Assembly: GCA_951406725.2 (NCBI GenBank)
Contig: OX597824.1
Location: 52,204,001-52,268,000 of the forward strand
DNA: 64,000 nucleotides
From: Octopus vulgaris
Lineage: Eukaryota
Direction: 5' to 3'
The notes beneath the pieces were generated by a model. It ran no database searches, was not told where the DNA came from, and was given only the letters and a program-made list of their open reading frames with translations. Of the stretch, positions 26,110 to 39,931 are shown piece by piece; the stretch's first letter is position 1, and each line of letters opens with the position of its first letter. A program made the translations under genes and the position numbers.

Positions 26110-26310
26110 GTGAGTATGTCTGTGCTTGTACCCCCGTCATCTCTTGTCAACCGATGCTGTGTGTCTGTCTTCGCAACTTAGTGGTTCAGCAAAAGATACC
26201 GATATAATAAATATTAGTCTTACAAAGAATAAGGTCGATTTCTTCGACTAAAACTGTTCAAGTATGACTGCAGTGAAATGAGAGAAACCAGTAAAAAAAT
26301 GAAAGAATAT
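26110..26310 (+). mobile_element. SINE B 3' half
   Basis: CAACCGATGCTG...AACTTAGTGGTTCAGCAAAAGATACCGAT...TACAAAGAATAAG. Confidence 0.7.
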
Positions 26311-27557
26311 AAGCCAGGTGCTTGTAGTTTCCGTGCTATAAATGTTGCTCATTAGGTATAAGTGTTCAGTATGCTTGATCTCGGAATCTTGAAGTTTACA
26401 AAGCGAACACCTTAACCACACAATCATTCCTGTCTTTACTATGCCTGAGAAGAGATGAGGTGGTCACAGCTGGAATGCCAATTGTTCGAGTGATGAAAAA
26501 ATTCACAAGAAAAACACACCGAAACGCTGATGATGAACACTGAGAATGAGAAAAATTTAATCACTACTTCGAGCAATGTCGAAACGAAACTATGTGATGG
26601 TGAGGCCTGCAAGAAATACTCTTTTGATTCGATCTTATGTACACTGTGACTTAGAAAAAGACAGGTTGGTCTGCGTTTAAACAACAAAATACAACTTTGA
26701 AACCTGATTGTAGCGCAGTTACAGTAACAATATGGTTTTACTCGGTACAGGTGCAAAATAAAGCAACACAAGAAAATTCAGGCTCACCCTACACAAAAAC
26801 CTAGCAAGCAACAATACGTATATCACCTAAGCAATACAAAATGCTAAACTAATAAATGTATACAAATACTTTTTTATGAAATTTAAATCCTATTCCTCAC
26901 ACATTGCAATGCTACAAAACACAATGCTATTAACTCAACACAGTGCCTCTCATATCCTTAGTTACAGTCTGATAAGGTGGGACCCATAACAGTAGAATAT
27001 TAAATCCCGTACATAGATACGGCATTCAGTGATTGATAAGACATGGTACGGCATAAAAATACATAAACTAAAGAAAAAAGACCCCCCCCCCACACACACA
27101 CAGAGACACACATGTGCCATAAAAGAAACAAACATCTTCAGTCATTGAATCTGGTTGTACAGGCTATCTGTAACACACTTTAGGTTATCCTAAATGCCAA
27201 TACTGGAAGAAATTTCAACGTATACAACACATCTTGGTGCAAAAAATAATGCAGATGATATAAGAAGGATTTCAACTAATTCGATTTATACCCTAAACGT
27301 TTTACACTAAACCAAACTAATTCAGGTAAATCCTCTTCAAACATTTCTTTCTGTCATAGGTGTCTTTGGAACCCCCGACTATATAGCAAACAACCTAAAT
27401 CTATTCTCAGCACTTGACGATCAAGACAAATTGTACGTTTACACATCAATGACCAAAACAAACACACTTTCAAATCCGCCAAAACTTTAATATCCAGTTT
27501 AAATAATGTCGTAGATATATTAAAGAAAATAATTATTGAAAATGTCAACTAAACATA

Positions 27558-28582
27558 CAGGGGTTAGACAAAATAATGGAAACTCCTAGCATTATAGCAT
27601 CATAATTTTGAAATATCTATAAAACTATCAAAAGCTTTTTTATTTTTATGTTTTGTATTATTAATTATTAATGTTGCTTAATATGCTTTGCTAAAATTGA
27701 TGTTTCTTTTCAGATATCATCAGAAAAAGGTAATTAAAATTCATGAAAATGACAGATATATCGGACTTTGAAACAGGTCAAATTGTTGGTGCTTGTAAGG
27801 CAGGCGCTAGCGTAATGAAAACAGCCGAAATGTTTAGTGTATCAAGAAGTACTGTCTCGAAAGTAATGACAGCTTTTGAGAAGGAGGGAAAAACCTCCTC
27901 ATCGAAACAAAACTCCGGAAGAAAACCAAAACTTTCAGGTAGGGACCGTCTGACTCTTACGCGAATTGTTAGAAAGGATCACAAAAGTGCAGCTCCCAAA
28001 ATTACTGCATAGCTTAAGAGAACCCAGTTTCCACAAAAACTGTTCGCCGGGAGCTGCACAAAGCTGGATTTCTCGGGTGGGCTGCAATAAGAAAACCATT
28101 ACTTTCAAAAACAAACGTTGCAAAGCGTTTAGAGTGGAGTAAAACCCTACTGAATTGGTCCCTAGAGAATTGGGAAAATGTTATTTTCTTGGTCGAGTCA
28201 TCCTTTACCTTATTTCCGACCACCGGTCGAGTATATGTGTAGAGACAGCGAAAAGAGGCATTTGACCCAGACTGCCTTCTTCCAACTGTTAAACAAAGAG
28301 GAAGATCTGTGATGATCTGGGAGTGGAGTATATCTTGGAAATCCGCCGGCCCAATGGTTTCCCTTCATAGCAGAATTAATATTTAAGACTATTAAAGCAT
28401 TTTATCTGATCAAATTCATCCTATAGTTGCAGAACTGTTTCCGGGGGAAAATGCAATATTTCAGGATGATAATGCACCAATTCACACAGCTAAAGTTGTT
28501 ACTGCAAAAGGCGGTCATACCCCATATCAAAATAAATTTGTTTGAAATTTTAAGGTGTTTCCATTATTTTGTCCAACCCCTG
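27558..28582 (+). mobile_element. Tc1-family DNA transposon, internally deleted, defective transposase
   Basis: TIRs CAGGGGTT(A/G)GACAAAATAATGGAAAC, TA TSD at both ends; MKMTDISDFETGQIVGA...SRSTVSKV...SGRKPKLS; later FQDDNAPIHTAK; stops and frameshifts. Confidence 0.93.
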
Positions 28583-29510
28583 TATCTCACAAATCAGCTT
28601 TACAAAAAGCATCATGTTTCTATCATCGAAATAGCAAACCATCGTTACGCCAAGCGGTGAATTAGCACAACTGTTAAAGCGTCGGACACTGTATTTGTTC
28701 CGACTCTCTTTGTTCTAAGTTGAAATCCCGATGAGGTTAACTTTGTATTCAGCCTTTCGGGAATCGATACAAATTAAGTACGGTGGCTTGGTGGAAATAT
28801 CAGAATTTCGATCGGGATGTCTTGCGATATTTGTTTTAGCTCTTAGCAACCTCAGTTCAAATCATGCCATGTCTTTCTTAGATGGTTAATTTATCCCTGG
28901 CAACTAGGCTGCCTTCAGCGGAGTCCCCTCTGTAGCAAGCTCTCAAGTTATGTTTTCGATTTTCGGATATTGTTGGGAGGGAGGATCGCTTCCTCCTTCC
29001 CACCAATCTCTGAGGGAATGTAATGGGTGAAGGGCAAAGCCTTTTCTCTTGACTAAAAGATTACGAAAAAAATATGCGTATAGTCAGCAACAACTTAATA
29101 AAAAAATGTTAGATAACAAGTTAAAAACATGCAAGGGAGTAAAGTCAGTGAGACTTTATACAAAATAAAGAACAGCATCAAAGGCCACAACAGAGTCAAA
29201 ATAACTTCAAAGAATAAGAAAACTCATGAAATAAATTTTCGAAAATTAGGCGTCAAAGACAAAACAAAGTACAAAACTCGCAGACATATGTTCCACCTAG
29301 GCCAAAGGTTGATCTCTTCCGAAACAATTGATAAACCATTATTTAATTAACCATTCCACAACAGTAGACGTACAAACATATTTACACACACACTTACTCA
29401 CAACACACGCGCACACACGTCACGCACACACACATACATGATCGCGTGCATGTATATATGTATAAACTCGCATTCAAATGTTTATGTGCTATATTGATAT
29501 ATATATATTA

Positions 29511-29729
29511 CGAAGAGGTACCAAAAAGTTTCTGGCTTTGAGTAAAAGAAAATACAGGAGGATCATTTAATTGTGATTTTATTCAATATATTCCCTTCAC
29601 AGATTCACACTTTTCTTGCAACGGTCTTTAATTTTTTCTAAGACCTGTAAAAGAACTCGGAAGGTTGTAAAAGAACAGCCAGGTCTTTCTCGATACCCTT
29701 AAAGCCAAGAACTTCTCAGCACCACCTCA
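29511..29729. mobile_element. Mariner-type MITE
   Basis: Imperfect TIRs CGAAGAGGTACCAAAAAGTTTCTGGCTTT / AAAGCCAAGAACTTCTCAGCACCACCTCA, flanked by TA. Confidence 0.7.
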
Positions 29730-29824
29730 TATATTTTTTTACTCTTTTACTTGTTTAAGGCATTTCACTACGGACATACTGGGAACCATCTACGTATATA
29801 ATATAAGACGCGCGCACACATATA

Positions 29825-30039
29825 CAGTAAATCAACTATCGCGGGTGTTACGTTCCAATAAACCCCGCGATAGGTGATAATCCGCGAAGTAGGAAAAGTA
29901 CTGTATATAATTTTTAATTATTTTTATAATTTGTATATATTTATTTTATTATAAATGCAAAACAACACGACGGAGGAATCGATGTAAGCTTAAATAATAA
30001 ACCACGATATGTGAACTGCGATATAGCGAAAGATTATTG
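29825..30039. mobile_element. Tigger/pogo-type MITE
   Basis: Ends CAGTAAATC..CTATCGCGG / CTGCGATATAGCGAAAGATTATTG, TA flanks. Confidence 0.65.
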
Positions 30040-30043
30040 TATA

Positions 30044-30462
30044 TCTTTATATATAAAAGTGAAGTTGTGTGTCTGTCTCCTACGATTTAGATTCCTAACT
30101 ACTCCCACATTTTGCGGTGCAGTGTAACCAAAAGCGGGTATCTTATAGTCGTGATTCATATCGAGCCCTTCTGGGTATTAGTGCGCGTCTACGATGAGTC
30201 TACGATTTTAAAAAAAAATTACCATCATTTTTTTCCCATTTTTAATGCATTTTTTTCCCATTTTTAATGCATTTTTTTTTGCTATTATATAAGGGAAGTA
30301 ACTCTCTAAAAATGTATTATTAAATCTCAGAACGTAAAAAGCTACAGTAACACCCCCTTTGTGGTTAGCCATATTGAGATGGCTATTATACTTTACATCT
30401 CTAAAAATGCTTATATAGTTATTTCCCTTACAAACCCGAGCAACGCCGGGCGATACTGCTAG
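30044..30462 (+). mobile_element. Non-autonomous Helitron
   Basis: Inserted between A and T; 5' TC (TCTTTATATATAAAAG), subterminal hairpin CCCGAGCAACGCCGGG, 3' CTAG. Confidence 0.88.
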
Positions 30463-30639
30463 TGTATATATATTGGTATTTTACATACTAAATATATATA
30501 CCATGGGTAGTTGTAGATTGGTGCTGTTACGTGTGATTTAATAGAAGAGTAAATTGACACACGTAAACACACCCACACACACACATACACACATATGTGT
30601 GCATATCTATCTATCTCTATGTATACTCTATGTTAACTC

Positions 30640-31146
30640 TGCCGCCTACATTGGGGTGCGGGAAATAATTGTTAAGCCCTGGATAGACAGTGTAGACAAT
30701 GGAAGGCCACATGTATTTCAGTAAGACTCAGCACTATCTCACATGGCTCTAGTAACACAGGAATGAATCGCTGAAAATTTTCATGATCACATAACCCCTA
30801 ACATTTGGCCGCCTAATTCCCCAGATCTCAATCCATTGAACTATTACATATGGAGCATTGTTGAGAGAGAGGTCAGTGAACACGCCTATAACGCCAAAGA
30901 TTCTTTGAAAACTGACATAGTCAAAGTAATGTCCAACATAAACCAGGACCACTTGATTCAAGCATGATTTACATCTCATATAGAAACAGTTGTTAACGCT
31001 GAAGGTGGCTTCATTAAATAAAATTATAGAAAAGAAGGTTTATTTTTATCCTTATAGCATTTCTTGATAAATAAAATTATTATGTTATTATATATGTTTT
31101 TTTTTTTATAAAAATAAATATGTCCTCAAATATCTTACGTACCCTG
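30640..31146 (+). mobile_element. Tc1/mariner (maT/DD37D-like) 3' fragment
   Basis: VKPWIDSV..GRPHVFQ*DSA.SH...NIWPPNSPDLNPLNYYIW; terminal ...TACCCTG|TA. Confidence 0.8.
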
Positions 31147-31416
31147 TATATATACATCATTTTATTCCTTCTGGAGTAATTCCAATGTTTTCTTCGAAAC
31201 ATATGTCGGAAGTATAGATTTAAATAACACCTGCGTTTAACTCCATTTCTTTATTTATCTGTGTTATACAAAAACATTTCATCAAAATCTAGAATTTCTA
31301 CCTTTGTAAGGAGGCTGTTATATCCTTGGTACTTGTGTGAATTTTTGCTGCCCAGGTAACTATTTTTCCCTCCTTGTTATTTGTAAACATAGAAAAAATA
31401 CACATGCATTTATGTA

Positions 31417-31447
<31 letters not shown>

Positions 31448-31449
<2 letters not shown>

Positions 31450-31749
31450 AGGCGCAATGGCCCAGTGGTTAGGGCAGAGGATTCGCGGTCGTAGGATCGC
31501 GGTTTCGATTCCCAGACTGGGCGTTGTGAGTGTTTAGTGAACGAAAACACCTAAAGCTCCACGAAGCTCCGGCAGGGGATGAAGGTGATTGATCCCTGCT
31601 GTACTCTTTCGCCGCAACTTTCTCCCACTCTTTCTTCTGTTGGCCTGCTCGCTTAGCCAGCGGGGTGGAGTCATTTCAAGGATAAAACAATGCGAAGCGC
31701 ACTGTGACCAGCAATGTGTGGCAACATCTGATAGCCTGATAGCCGTGAT

Positions 31750-31755
<6 letters not shown>
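31448..31755 (+). mobile_element. tRNA-derived SINE family C
   Basis: GGAGGCGCAATGGCCCAGTGGTTAGGG...GGTTTCGATTCCC head, between TG and TA tracts. Confidence 0.8.
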
Positions 31756-31817
<62 letters not shown>

Positions 31818-31818
31818 A

Positions 31819-32740
31819 CAGGGTGTCCATAAAGTATCTTTACAATTTTAAAATTTTATTACAAAGGCAGTTGACAAGATATCTTAACCAGATTTGTTTA
31901 ATTGTAATAATTGTTTATTAAAGTTTTTTATAACTGTTATTTAATAGACCTCAGTATGGGCACCATTAGTTTCGCGAAGCACATCAAGACGCTACTCGAT
32001 TTCTTGCCATGTTCGCTGTAGGATACCCTTATCAATGGTGGCAATGGCATTATGAATCCTTTGCTTCAAGTCAGCAACGTCCCGTATCTTTGTTTGATAT
32101 ACGATATCTTTTACATAACCCCATAAAAAGAAGTCCAAGGGAGTGATAACTAGCTAACGCGGTGGCCATGGAATTGGCCCATCCCTTCCAATCCATCGGT
32201 CTGGAAAATGTTTGATTGTGGAACTGACGAACATGCCGTCCCCAATGTGGTGATGCACCATCTTGCTGGAAAGTGATGGTTGGTTGTAAATCAATCAGTT
32301 GTGGTGCCACATATTCGGTCAGAAGGTCGGGGTAAACATCTGCAGTAATTCTTGCCTCGTTGAAGAAAAATGGACCAATTATTCGATTGCACATGATTCC
32401 ACACCACACATTCACTTTTGGATATCCCATTGAAGCTCCCTAGTAACATGAGGGTGTTCTGATCCCCAGATTCTCACATTGTGTCTGTTTAATTTCCCTA
32501 AAACATAAAAGTCGCCTCGTCACTAAAACAAACTCGCTTGAGGAATGCTTCATCCTCATTTTATAGGGGTTCAGTGAATCAGTTCCCTTCCATCAACAGA
32601 GTATCTGAAACGCAAAAATTTAATACCAATAAAAACTTTAATAAACAGTTATTAAAATAAAACAAATCTGGTTAAAATATCTCATCAATTGTCTTTGTAA
32701 TAATTTTTTTTAATTGTAAAGAGACTTTATGGACACCCTG
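31819..32740 (-). mobile_element. Tc1/mariner DD41D (rosa-like) transposon, internally deleted
   Basis: ~110-bp TIRs starting CAGGGTGTCCATAAAGT; VNVWCGI...GPFFF...FQQDGASPH...(frameshift)WIGRDGPIPWPPR...PLDFFLWGYVKD with about 41 residues between the last two Asp. Confidence 0.88.
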
Positions 32741-33268
32741 TCTATTGTGGGGTTTTGCTGAAGAACATAACGCGCCGCCTGTCTGGTAATCGAACCTACG
32801 GCCTACCGATCGTGAGTGCAACACCCTATCCACGCGGTCATATACTTTCACACACACACACACACATGCACGCACACACACACATACATACATACATACA
32901 TACATACATACATACATACATACATACATACATGTATATGTATATGTATATATATATATAGATGTATAAATATATGTGAATATATATATATATATATGCA
33001 CGAAAAGAAAAGGAGAGAAAGGGTCTAAGAAGGGAGTTAGCGAGAGAGGGAGAGAAGGAATACAGAAAGGAAGGCAACGAGAGAGGCAGGGAGAGATAGT
33101 GTCGTGGGCTGGGAGAATTTGTGTACAAGAGAAGTCCTGTGATGTTGATTTTGAATAAGGAAGTGTGGCTAATCACTACCATTATGGAAATAAACAGCAA
33201 ATTAGAAGAGAAGTCTTTGAAGCGGAATTGAGTTGTTGTTTGGGGTTGGGAATGGAAGTCGTGGAGAA

Positions 33269-33317
<49 letters not shown>

Positions 33318-34149
33318 GAGAGAGGAAGAGAGAGAGAGAGAGAGAGAGATATCAATAACACAAGCTCGTATTGGGACCGTGAAAATGACTGAGTCGCTTA
33401 CCAAACAAGTAAAGAAAATTTCGAGTATTAAATCACTGTGGTGGTGGTGGTTCGGTGGTTTGGATGTGGGTTGTAATGGTGAAGAGTGGTAGTGGTGATG
33501 ATGATGGTGTTAGGTGGTGACATAGGTGGTTGTGCTGGTGATGGTGGTGGTAATGGTAACAGAGGTAGCAGTGGGTTTATAGAAGTAGTAGTAGTGATAG
33601 TGATGGCAGTAGTAGGTTTTTTTGAGTAGTGCTGATGTGAGTTGCATCGGTCGTAGTCGTGCCGATGATGTTGATGATGATGGAGGTGGTGGTAATGGTG
33701 GTGGTGGTGGTGGGGTGGTTGTTATGGTTATTACGGTAGCGGTGGTATTGATGACAGTGGTTTTGGAAGACGATGATGGAAAGAACACCTTTCTGCTAGT
33801 CACATGATTCTCTTAAATATTATATGAATATACATACAGATACATACATACATACATACAGACACACCACATAAATACAGACAGAAACCCTCATATATGG
33901 ATAAATACACATATATACGCATACTTGGGCACACATCCACACATATCCACACCACCCATGTGTATGTATACATATATATGAATACTCATAAATTTGAAAA
34001 AATATCGATGGATGTTATATATTGTATAATTAAACAAATATGTATGTATAAGTATATGTGTATAACCAGAGAGAACAAGAATAACAAATAGAGAGATGTA
34101 CATTCACATAAACATACATACACGCATATATATGTATGTATGTATATAT

Positions 34150-34432
34150 ACACATGTTTTCTGAGACAATCCCTACGGTCATGAATGATCGTGGGATTGC
34201 ACCTAGAAAGTTACTCTCCGAGGCACAAGTCCGGGCAAGGTTGTTTGTGGAAGGCGAGCGGTCGCTCATGCATACCAGCCTCCCCTCTCCACACCACTGA
34301 TGTTATCTAAGGGAAATGCAACGGCTGATACAGCTCGGCACCAGTGACATCGCAACTCATTTCTACAACTGGGTTAACTGGAGCAACGTGAAATAAAGTG
34401 TCTTGCTCAAGAACACAACACGCAGCCCGATC
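34150..34432 (-). mobile_element. SINE family D (CORE-like TTGAGCAAGACACTT domain), head missing
   Basis: Homologous to 35815-36125; GTGTTCTTGAGCAAGACACTTTATTTCACGTTGCTCCAG on the minus strand. Confidence 0.75.
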
Positions 34433-34463
34433 CGCATGCATACATACATACACACACACACAC

Positions 34464-34534
<71 letters not shown>

Positions 34535-34600
34535 CAAGCACATTTTACATAATATCGAGGTCTTATTCATTCTGTTCTTGTCATATTATTATTATTATTA

Positions 34601-34633
<33 letters not shown>

Positions 34634-34827
34634 AATATATATATGTATATGTGTATGTATTATGTATGTATATATATATATACTTTGATACTTTGATACT
34701 TTGATAGGTTTCGGCCATTATTGGCCCAGGCCATGTCTAACTTAATAGCACCACCTATATATATATATACGTTTAAATATTTGTTGTGCAAGATTTTTTA
34801 TGTGAAGTCGTGTGTTGAAACAGATAT

Positions 34828-35264
34828 TGTTATATTTCGGAATGGTCATTTTGCCAGTTTAGCCAATAAAAACACACGCACTATATATTTGGTGTTATTT
34901 TGCTTCAGTGTTATTTATTTTTTACATTAATCTTAATCTTATTTCGGCCAGAGTTCTTTCGTCACACTCTTGTGACCGCACAGTGGTCCTTTGTTTTCTT
35001 CTTTCTTATTTGTGTCTCTCCTTACTAACCGTCAGCCATTTTGTATATACAAAATGACTGACGGTTAGTAAGGAGAGACACAAATAAGAAAGAAGAAAAC
35101 AAAGGACCACTGTGCGGTCACAAGAGTGTGACGAAAGAACTCTGGCCGAAATAAGATTAAGATTAATGTAAAAAATAAATAACACTGAAGCAAAATAACA
35201 CCAAATATATAGTGCGTGTGTTTTTATTGGCTAAACTGGCAAAATGACCATTCGAAATATAACA
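34828..35264. repeat. Spacerless ~437-bp palindrome
   Basis: Centre GTAT|ATAC at 35046/35047; ~218-bp arms with one mismatch and one 1-bp indel. Confidence 0.95.
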
Positions 35265-35265
35265 T

Positions 35266-35364
<99 letters not shown>

Positions 35365-35814
35365 GATAATAATAATATGACAACAACAGAATGAATAAGA
35401 CCTCGATATTATGTAAAATAGAGGAATTTATCTATAAATATAATATGTGACAATTAGTAGAAAATATTTTAAAAAACCGTAGAAAATATAAAAAAAACAA
35501 CAACCTTCAGGAACAATAGTGGTTTATCGATACGGAAGGTTGTGGACTGTTTTCGTATTGAGGAACGATAAACTGAAAAAGAGTTCTTTTTATATTCCAC
35601 AGTAGGTCACCAGGGTTGCCGGGTGAGCGAATAAGAATGCAAGAGTTACAGAATGGAGTAGGTGAGATCCGGGCTACATATGTTTCATAGCGAGCGGAAC
35701 CTCAGAAGTGATAAACATTCAAGCGAGGTGTATACCACCGGTTACTCTTCAGGTCAAGGGTATCTTGATATCATATATATATAAAGTAAGTGAAGCTCCA
35801 CTTCAGTCAATAAT

Positions 35815-36125
35815 TAACATGGGATTGCACCTTGATTGTTCCCCTCCGAGGCATATGTCTAGGCAAGGATGTTTGTGGGAGATCACCAGTCGCCCATGCA
35901 TATCAGTTACCCCATTTTATGCCACCGATTTCCAAGGGAAAGGCAAAAGCTGATACAGCTTGGTAACCAGTGATGTGGAAACTCATTTCTACAGTTGAGA
36001 GAACATGGGCGACGGGAAATAGAGTGTTTTGCTCAAGAATATAACACACAGCCCGGTCAAATTACCGAACTCACTACCTGACGATTGTTAGCCCTACGCT
36101 CTAACCACTGAGTTATGCGCCTTCA
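35815..36125 (-). mobile_element. SINE family D, near full-length
   Basis: Head GAAGGCGCATAACTCAGTGGTTAGAGCG...GAGTTCG; CORE-like body. Confidence 0.8.
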
Positions 36126-36297
36126 CACACACATGCACAAACACACACACATATACACCTATTTGTATGTATGTAGATAGGTAGGTATGTTTGTATATAT
36201 ACACGAGTACCTATATATAATTATACATAAACACACTTAGCACACAGATATACACACATACATAATAGTACATATATATATACATATATATATATAT

Positions 36298-36403
<106 letters not shown>

Positions 36404-36736
36404 TATATATATATGTTACACATACACGAACGAACGCACACACATGCATATCAATGACTCCGTTTAATTTTGGATCAAAGACAAAAGTATCTGTTGCAAG
36501 TGTGTGTATCGCTGGAAATAATTCTCTTATAAAACATTATTACACGAATAATTTAACAGAAGAGAATTCTCGTTGATTTTTGTGTAGCTCATGTGATTAA
36601 CGTGTGTGTGTGTATGTATATGTATATATATATATAAGAAGAAAAAGGGATTTTAAATATGCAGGCAGATACCAACAAAGCACAGGTTTAAAGAATTTAG
36701 TTAACTATACCCACACTCTATACGTATTTTTGTCAT

Positions 36737-36773
<37 letters not shown>

Positions 36774-37118
36774 CACATACATACATATATATATATATAC
36801 ATATGTATATATACATACACACATATATATACATACAGATATATATATATATATGCACACACACGCACATAATACACACATACACGCATTCATACATCTA
36901 TGCATCTATGCATACATACAGATGTGCATTGGGAATTAGTTTATGATGTGAAGGAATGGAAGCTGGTAGGTTACTGAGCTAGAAAAAACTAAGAAGAGAG
37001 CTACGAAGACAGGACGGAATATTATCACACAGAGATTCAAAGAGCGAGAATGAGAGAAAGAGAAAGAGAGAGAGAGAGAAGAAAAGAGAGAGACGGAATA
37101 TGACCTAAGTATGTTTCT

Positions 37119-37200
<82 letters not shown>

Positions 37201-37383
37201 TTGTGCGTGTGTGCAGAATTACGACAAGACATCTGTCTAAAATTTTCTTTCTAGTGCGATGGGAAATATTTCGCTGTCCTAGTCGTCGTCGTCGTCGCCG
37301 CCGTATTCATCATCATTATGATTTAACGTCCTTGTATTTCTGTATATGAAATGTGATTGTAAGTGTGTGTGAGTGTGTGCGAG

Positions 37384-37421
<38 letters not shown>

Positions 37422-37819
37422 CGTATGCGAGCGTGTTTCATTATCGTGCTCAAAGGCAAAAGTACGTGGTGCAAATCTGCTAGAAATAGCAGCCTAGCAG
37501 CCACATTTTACTCAATTTATAGCTTTAAAAAAATTAAACCCACCATCAAAAAAAAAAAAAAAAGAAACGGGGACCATCCTTGTTTTTAGAACAATGTAGT
37601 CCTGTATATGCCATAAAAAGGAATGGTCTGGTTTGGAATGTCTTGATTTCTATAGGTTTGTCTGATCGTTGTTTGCCTGGGCCTAAACAACAGCAACAAC
37701 AACCACAACAACAATTGCAGAACACAACTGCAGTAGAGTTCATCAACTTTGTCAATACAGTGTCATCATCATCCGCGTTTCATTATATCCTACACAACTG
37801 CCAACACCTATGACACATC

Positions 37820-38069
37820 TTCCAGTGATGATGACGACGACGATGATTATGTTCATGACCATGATGATGATGATGATGATGACCCCCATCCTCATCATCC
37901 TCATCATCCTCATCATCATCCGCATCATCATCATCCTCATCTTTCTCTCCCTTCTCGTCCTACACCCCATCATCATCCTCATGCTCCCCATCATCATCAT
38001 CCGCATCTTTCTCTTCTTCCTCCTCCTCCCCATCATCTCCCTCATCTTTCTCTTCCTCCTCCTCCTCCA

Positions 38070-38105
<36 letters not shown>

Positions 38106-38540
38106 AAACAGTTGAAGCATTATGAAGTTTATACGTGGTCTTTCGCATAATGTTGAACGAAACATACCATAAACCTTCTCATCACAATCACCACCAACTC
38201 CACCACTACTAAAACAAATACACCACGTGCGCCGCCACCACCATCACCATCATCACCATCACCGTCACTCCCATCGTCCTCACGATCACCATACGATCAT
38301 CAACAACAAGAATAATATATAGTGACAGATTTATGTTCGTCATAATTATATTTAACAACATCCCCGTTCTTTCTATTCACACCGCTCCCTCGTACCCATT
38401 TAGCATCTCCTTACACCCACATTTATACTTTTGTAATTTTCTTTTCCATTCATGTCATCAAACTAACGGTGATGATGATGATGATGATGATGATGGTGAT
38501 GATGATGGTGATGATCATAAATGATGATGACGAAGATGAC
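37820..38540. repeat. Low-complexity (GAT/CAT/CCT/CAC)n trinucleotide region
   Basis: Directly visible; gives His/Pro/Met-rich pseudo-ORFs. Confidence 0.85.
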
Positions 38541-38875
38541 GACCAGCAGTAGCAAGTGGCAACGCCGTAGCAGCAATAATAACTATAATTTCACACTAAA
38601 GCTAATGATTAAACCAAGTATATTTCAATCAAGTTTTCTCCGTATAATTATGCGTGACAGTTATAATACTAACACACACGCATGCACGCACAGATGCACG
38701 CACAGACGCACGCACACACACACATACACACATAGACACACACGCACATGTGTACATGTATAAGCTTACATACAGATACAGTTGCACTCTTGTGGAAAAC
38801 AACTCATTCAGGCACAATTTAATGCGGGGAAATCGGATGGAACTGAACTCGCAAATGATTTGTTATATAATTATG

Positions 38876-38917
<42 letters not shown>

Positions 38918-39059
38918 CATACACACACACACACACACAAACACATACATTAACCCAGGGAGTTATGTGCGTATGCATCAAGTACATTGTGGAATTTAAT
39001 GCCAGATAAGATGTATATTCATGTATGTATACATATGTGTGTGTGTGTGTGTTTGTGTT

Positions 39060-39931
39060 CAGGGTGCGGTGAAATATATTATTGTGGTCTAAATTAGGCA
39101 AATATGAAAATAACACTGACATCTCATTTTAACAGATATATTTACCAAAATTACATAAAAATATCTTGAAATTCTAAAGAGTAACATGAAATCGCCATTG
39201 GCTTTAACCACGGCCTCCAGACGACTTCGAATTCTCCTGCAACTCTTCCGGACGGTCTCTTTGTTTAAGTTGGTGAATGCTGCCATAATCTTTGCCTTCA
39301 GTTCATCTTTGGTGTTGCAAGGAGTTTTGTTGGTCTCTCGCTCAACTGCGCCCCACGCATAATAAACAAGAGGGTTGCAGCCTGAGAAGTTAATTGACCA
39401 AATGTTAGGGGTGATGTGGTCGCAGAAATTGTCTGACAGTCATGACTGGGTTCTCCTGCTTCTGTGGCATGGTGCAGAGTCCTGTTGCAGACATAGGGTC
39501 TTCCAGCAGCCACCGTCTTGACCTAGGCAGCACTACCTCCTCTAGGCACTTGATGTGGGCCTATGTGTTAAGTCTGAGATTGTGTGGGGAGATGAATGGA
39601 GACATAACGTCGCCATCACTAATGATCACTCCAAACACTATGCTGTTGACTAGATGTTTGATTTTTATCACTCTCGGTACATGTCCTCAGATTCCATTGT
39701 CCTTAGATTGACACCCCAACACTCTGAAATGTTCGTGTTGGGGCTTCCTGCGCGAATGCCAAGCAAGTACAGCATGTCGTTTCCAAATCTGTGGCAGAGT
39801 GAATTGTGTCCTGGTGCTGTTTTTCTCAACTGACCCTACTTTACTGTGTAGCCAATAAGATCAAAAACAAACAATGCATATGCACGAAATTAAAAATGCA
39901 AAATAGTGACTACTTACCCATCGAACCCCGT
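39060..39931 (-). mobile_element. Tc1/mariner (maT/DD37D-like) degenerate transposon
   Basis: AAGRPYV..QDSAPCH...DNFCDHITPNIW...CNPLVYYAWGAVE...SCRRIRSRLEAVVKANGDF; diverged CAGGGTGCG-type ends. Confidence 0.8.

Noticed and set aside
31448-31520. tRNA gene (also 24448-24520, 36050-36125, 62342-62415)
   Set aside because: A/B boxes present but no complete cloverleaf, and each continues into a repeat body; tRNA-derived heads.
35670-35755. Additional hammerhead (CTGAAGA...GAAACATATGTA on the minus strand)
   Set aside because: Core pieces present, but no convincing stem I or stem II pairing.
37749-38165. His/Pro-rich and Met/Arg-rich ORFs (superficially like histidine-rich or reflectin-type proteins)
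   Set aside because: Pure trinucleotide low complexity, open on both strands, with no reflectin motif or splice evidence.
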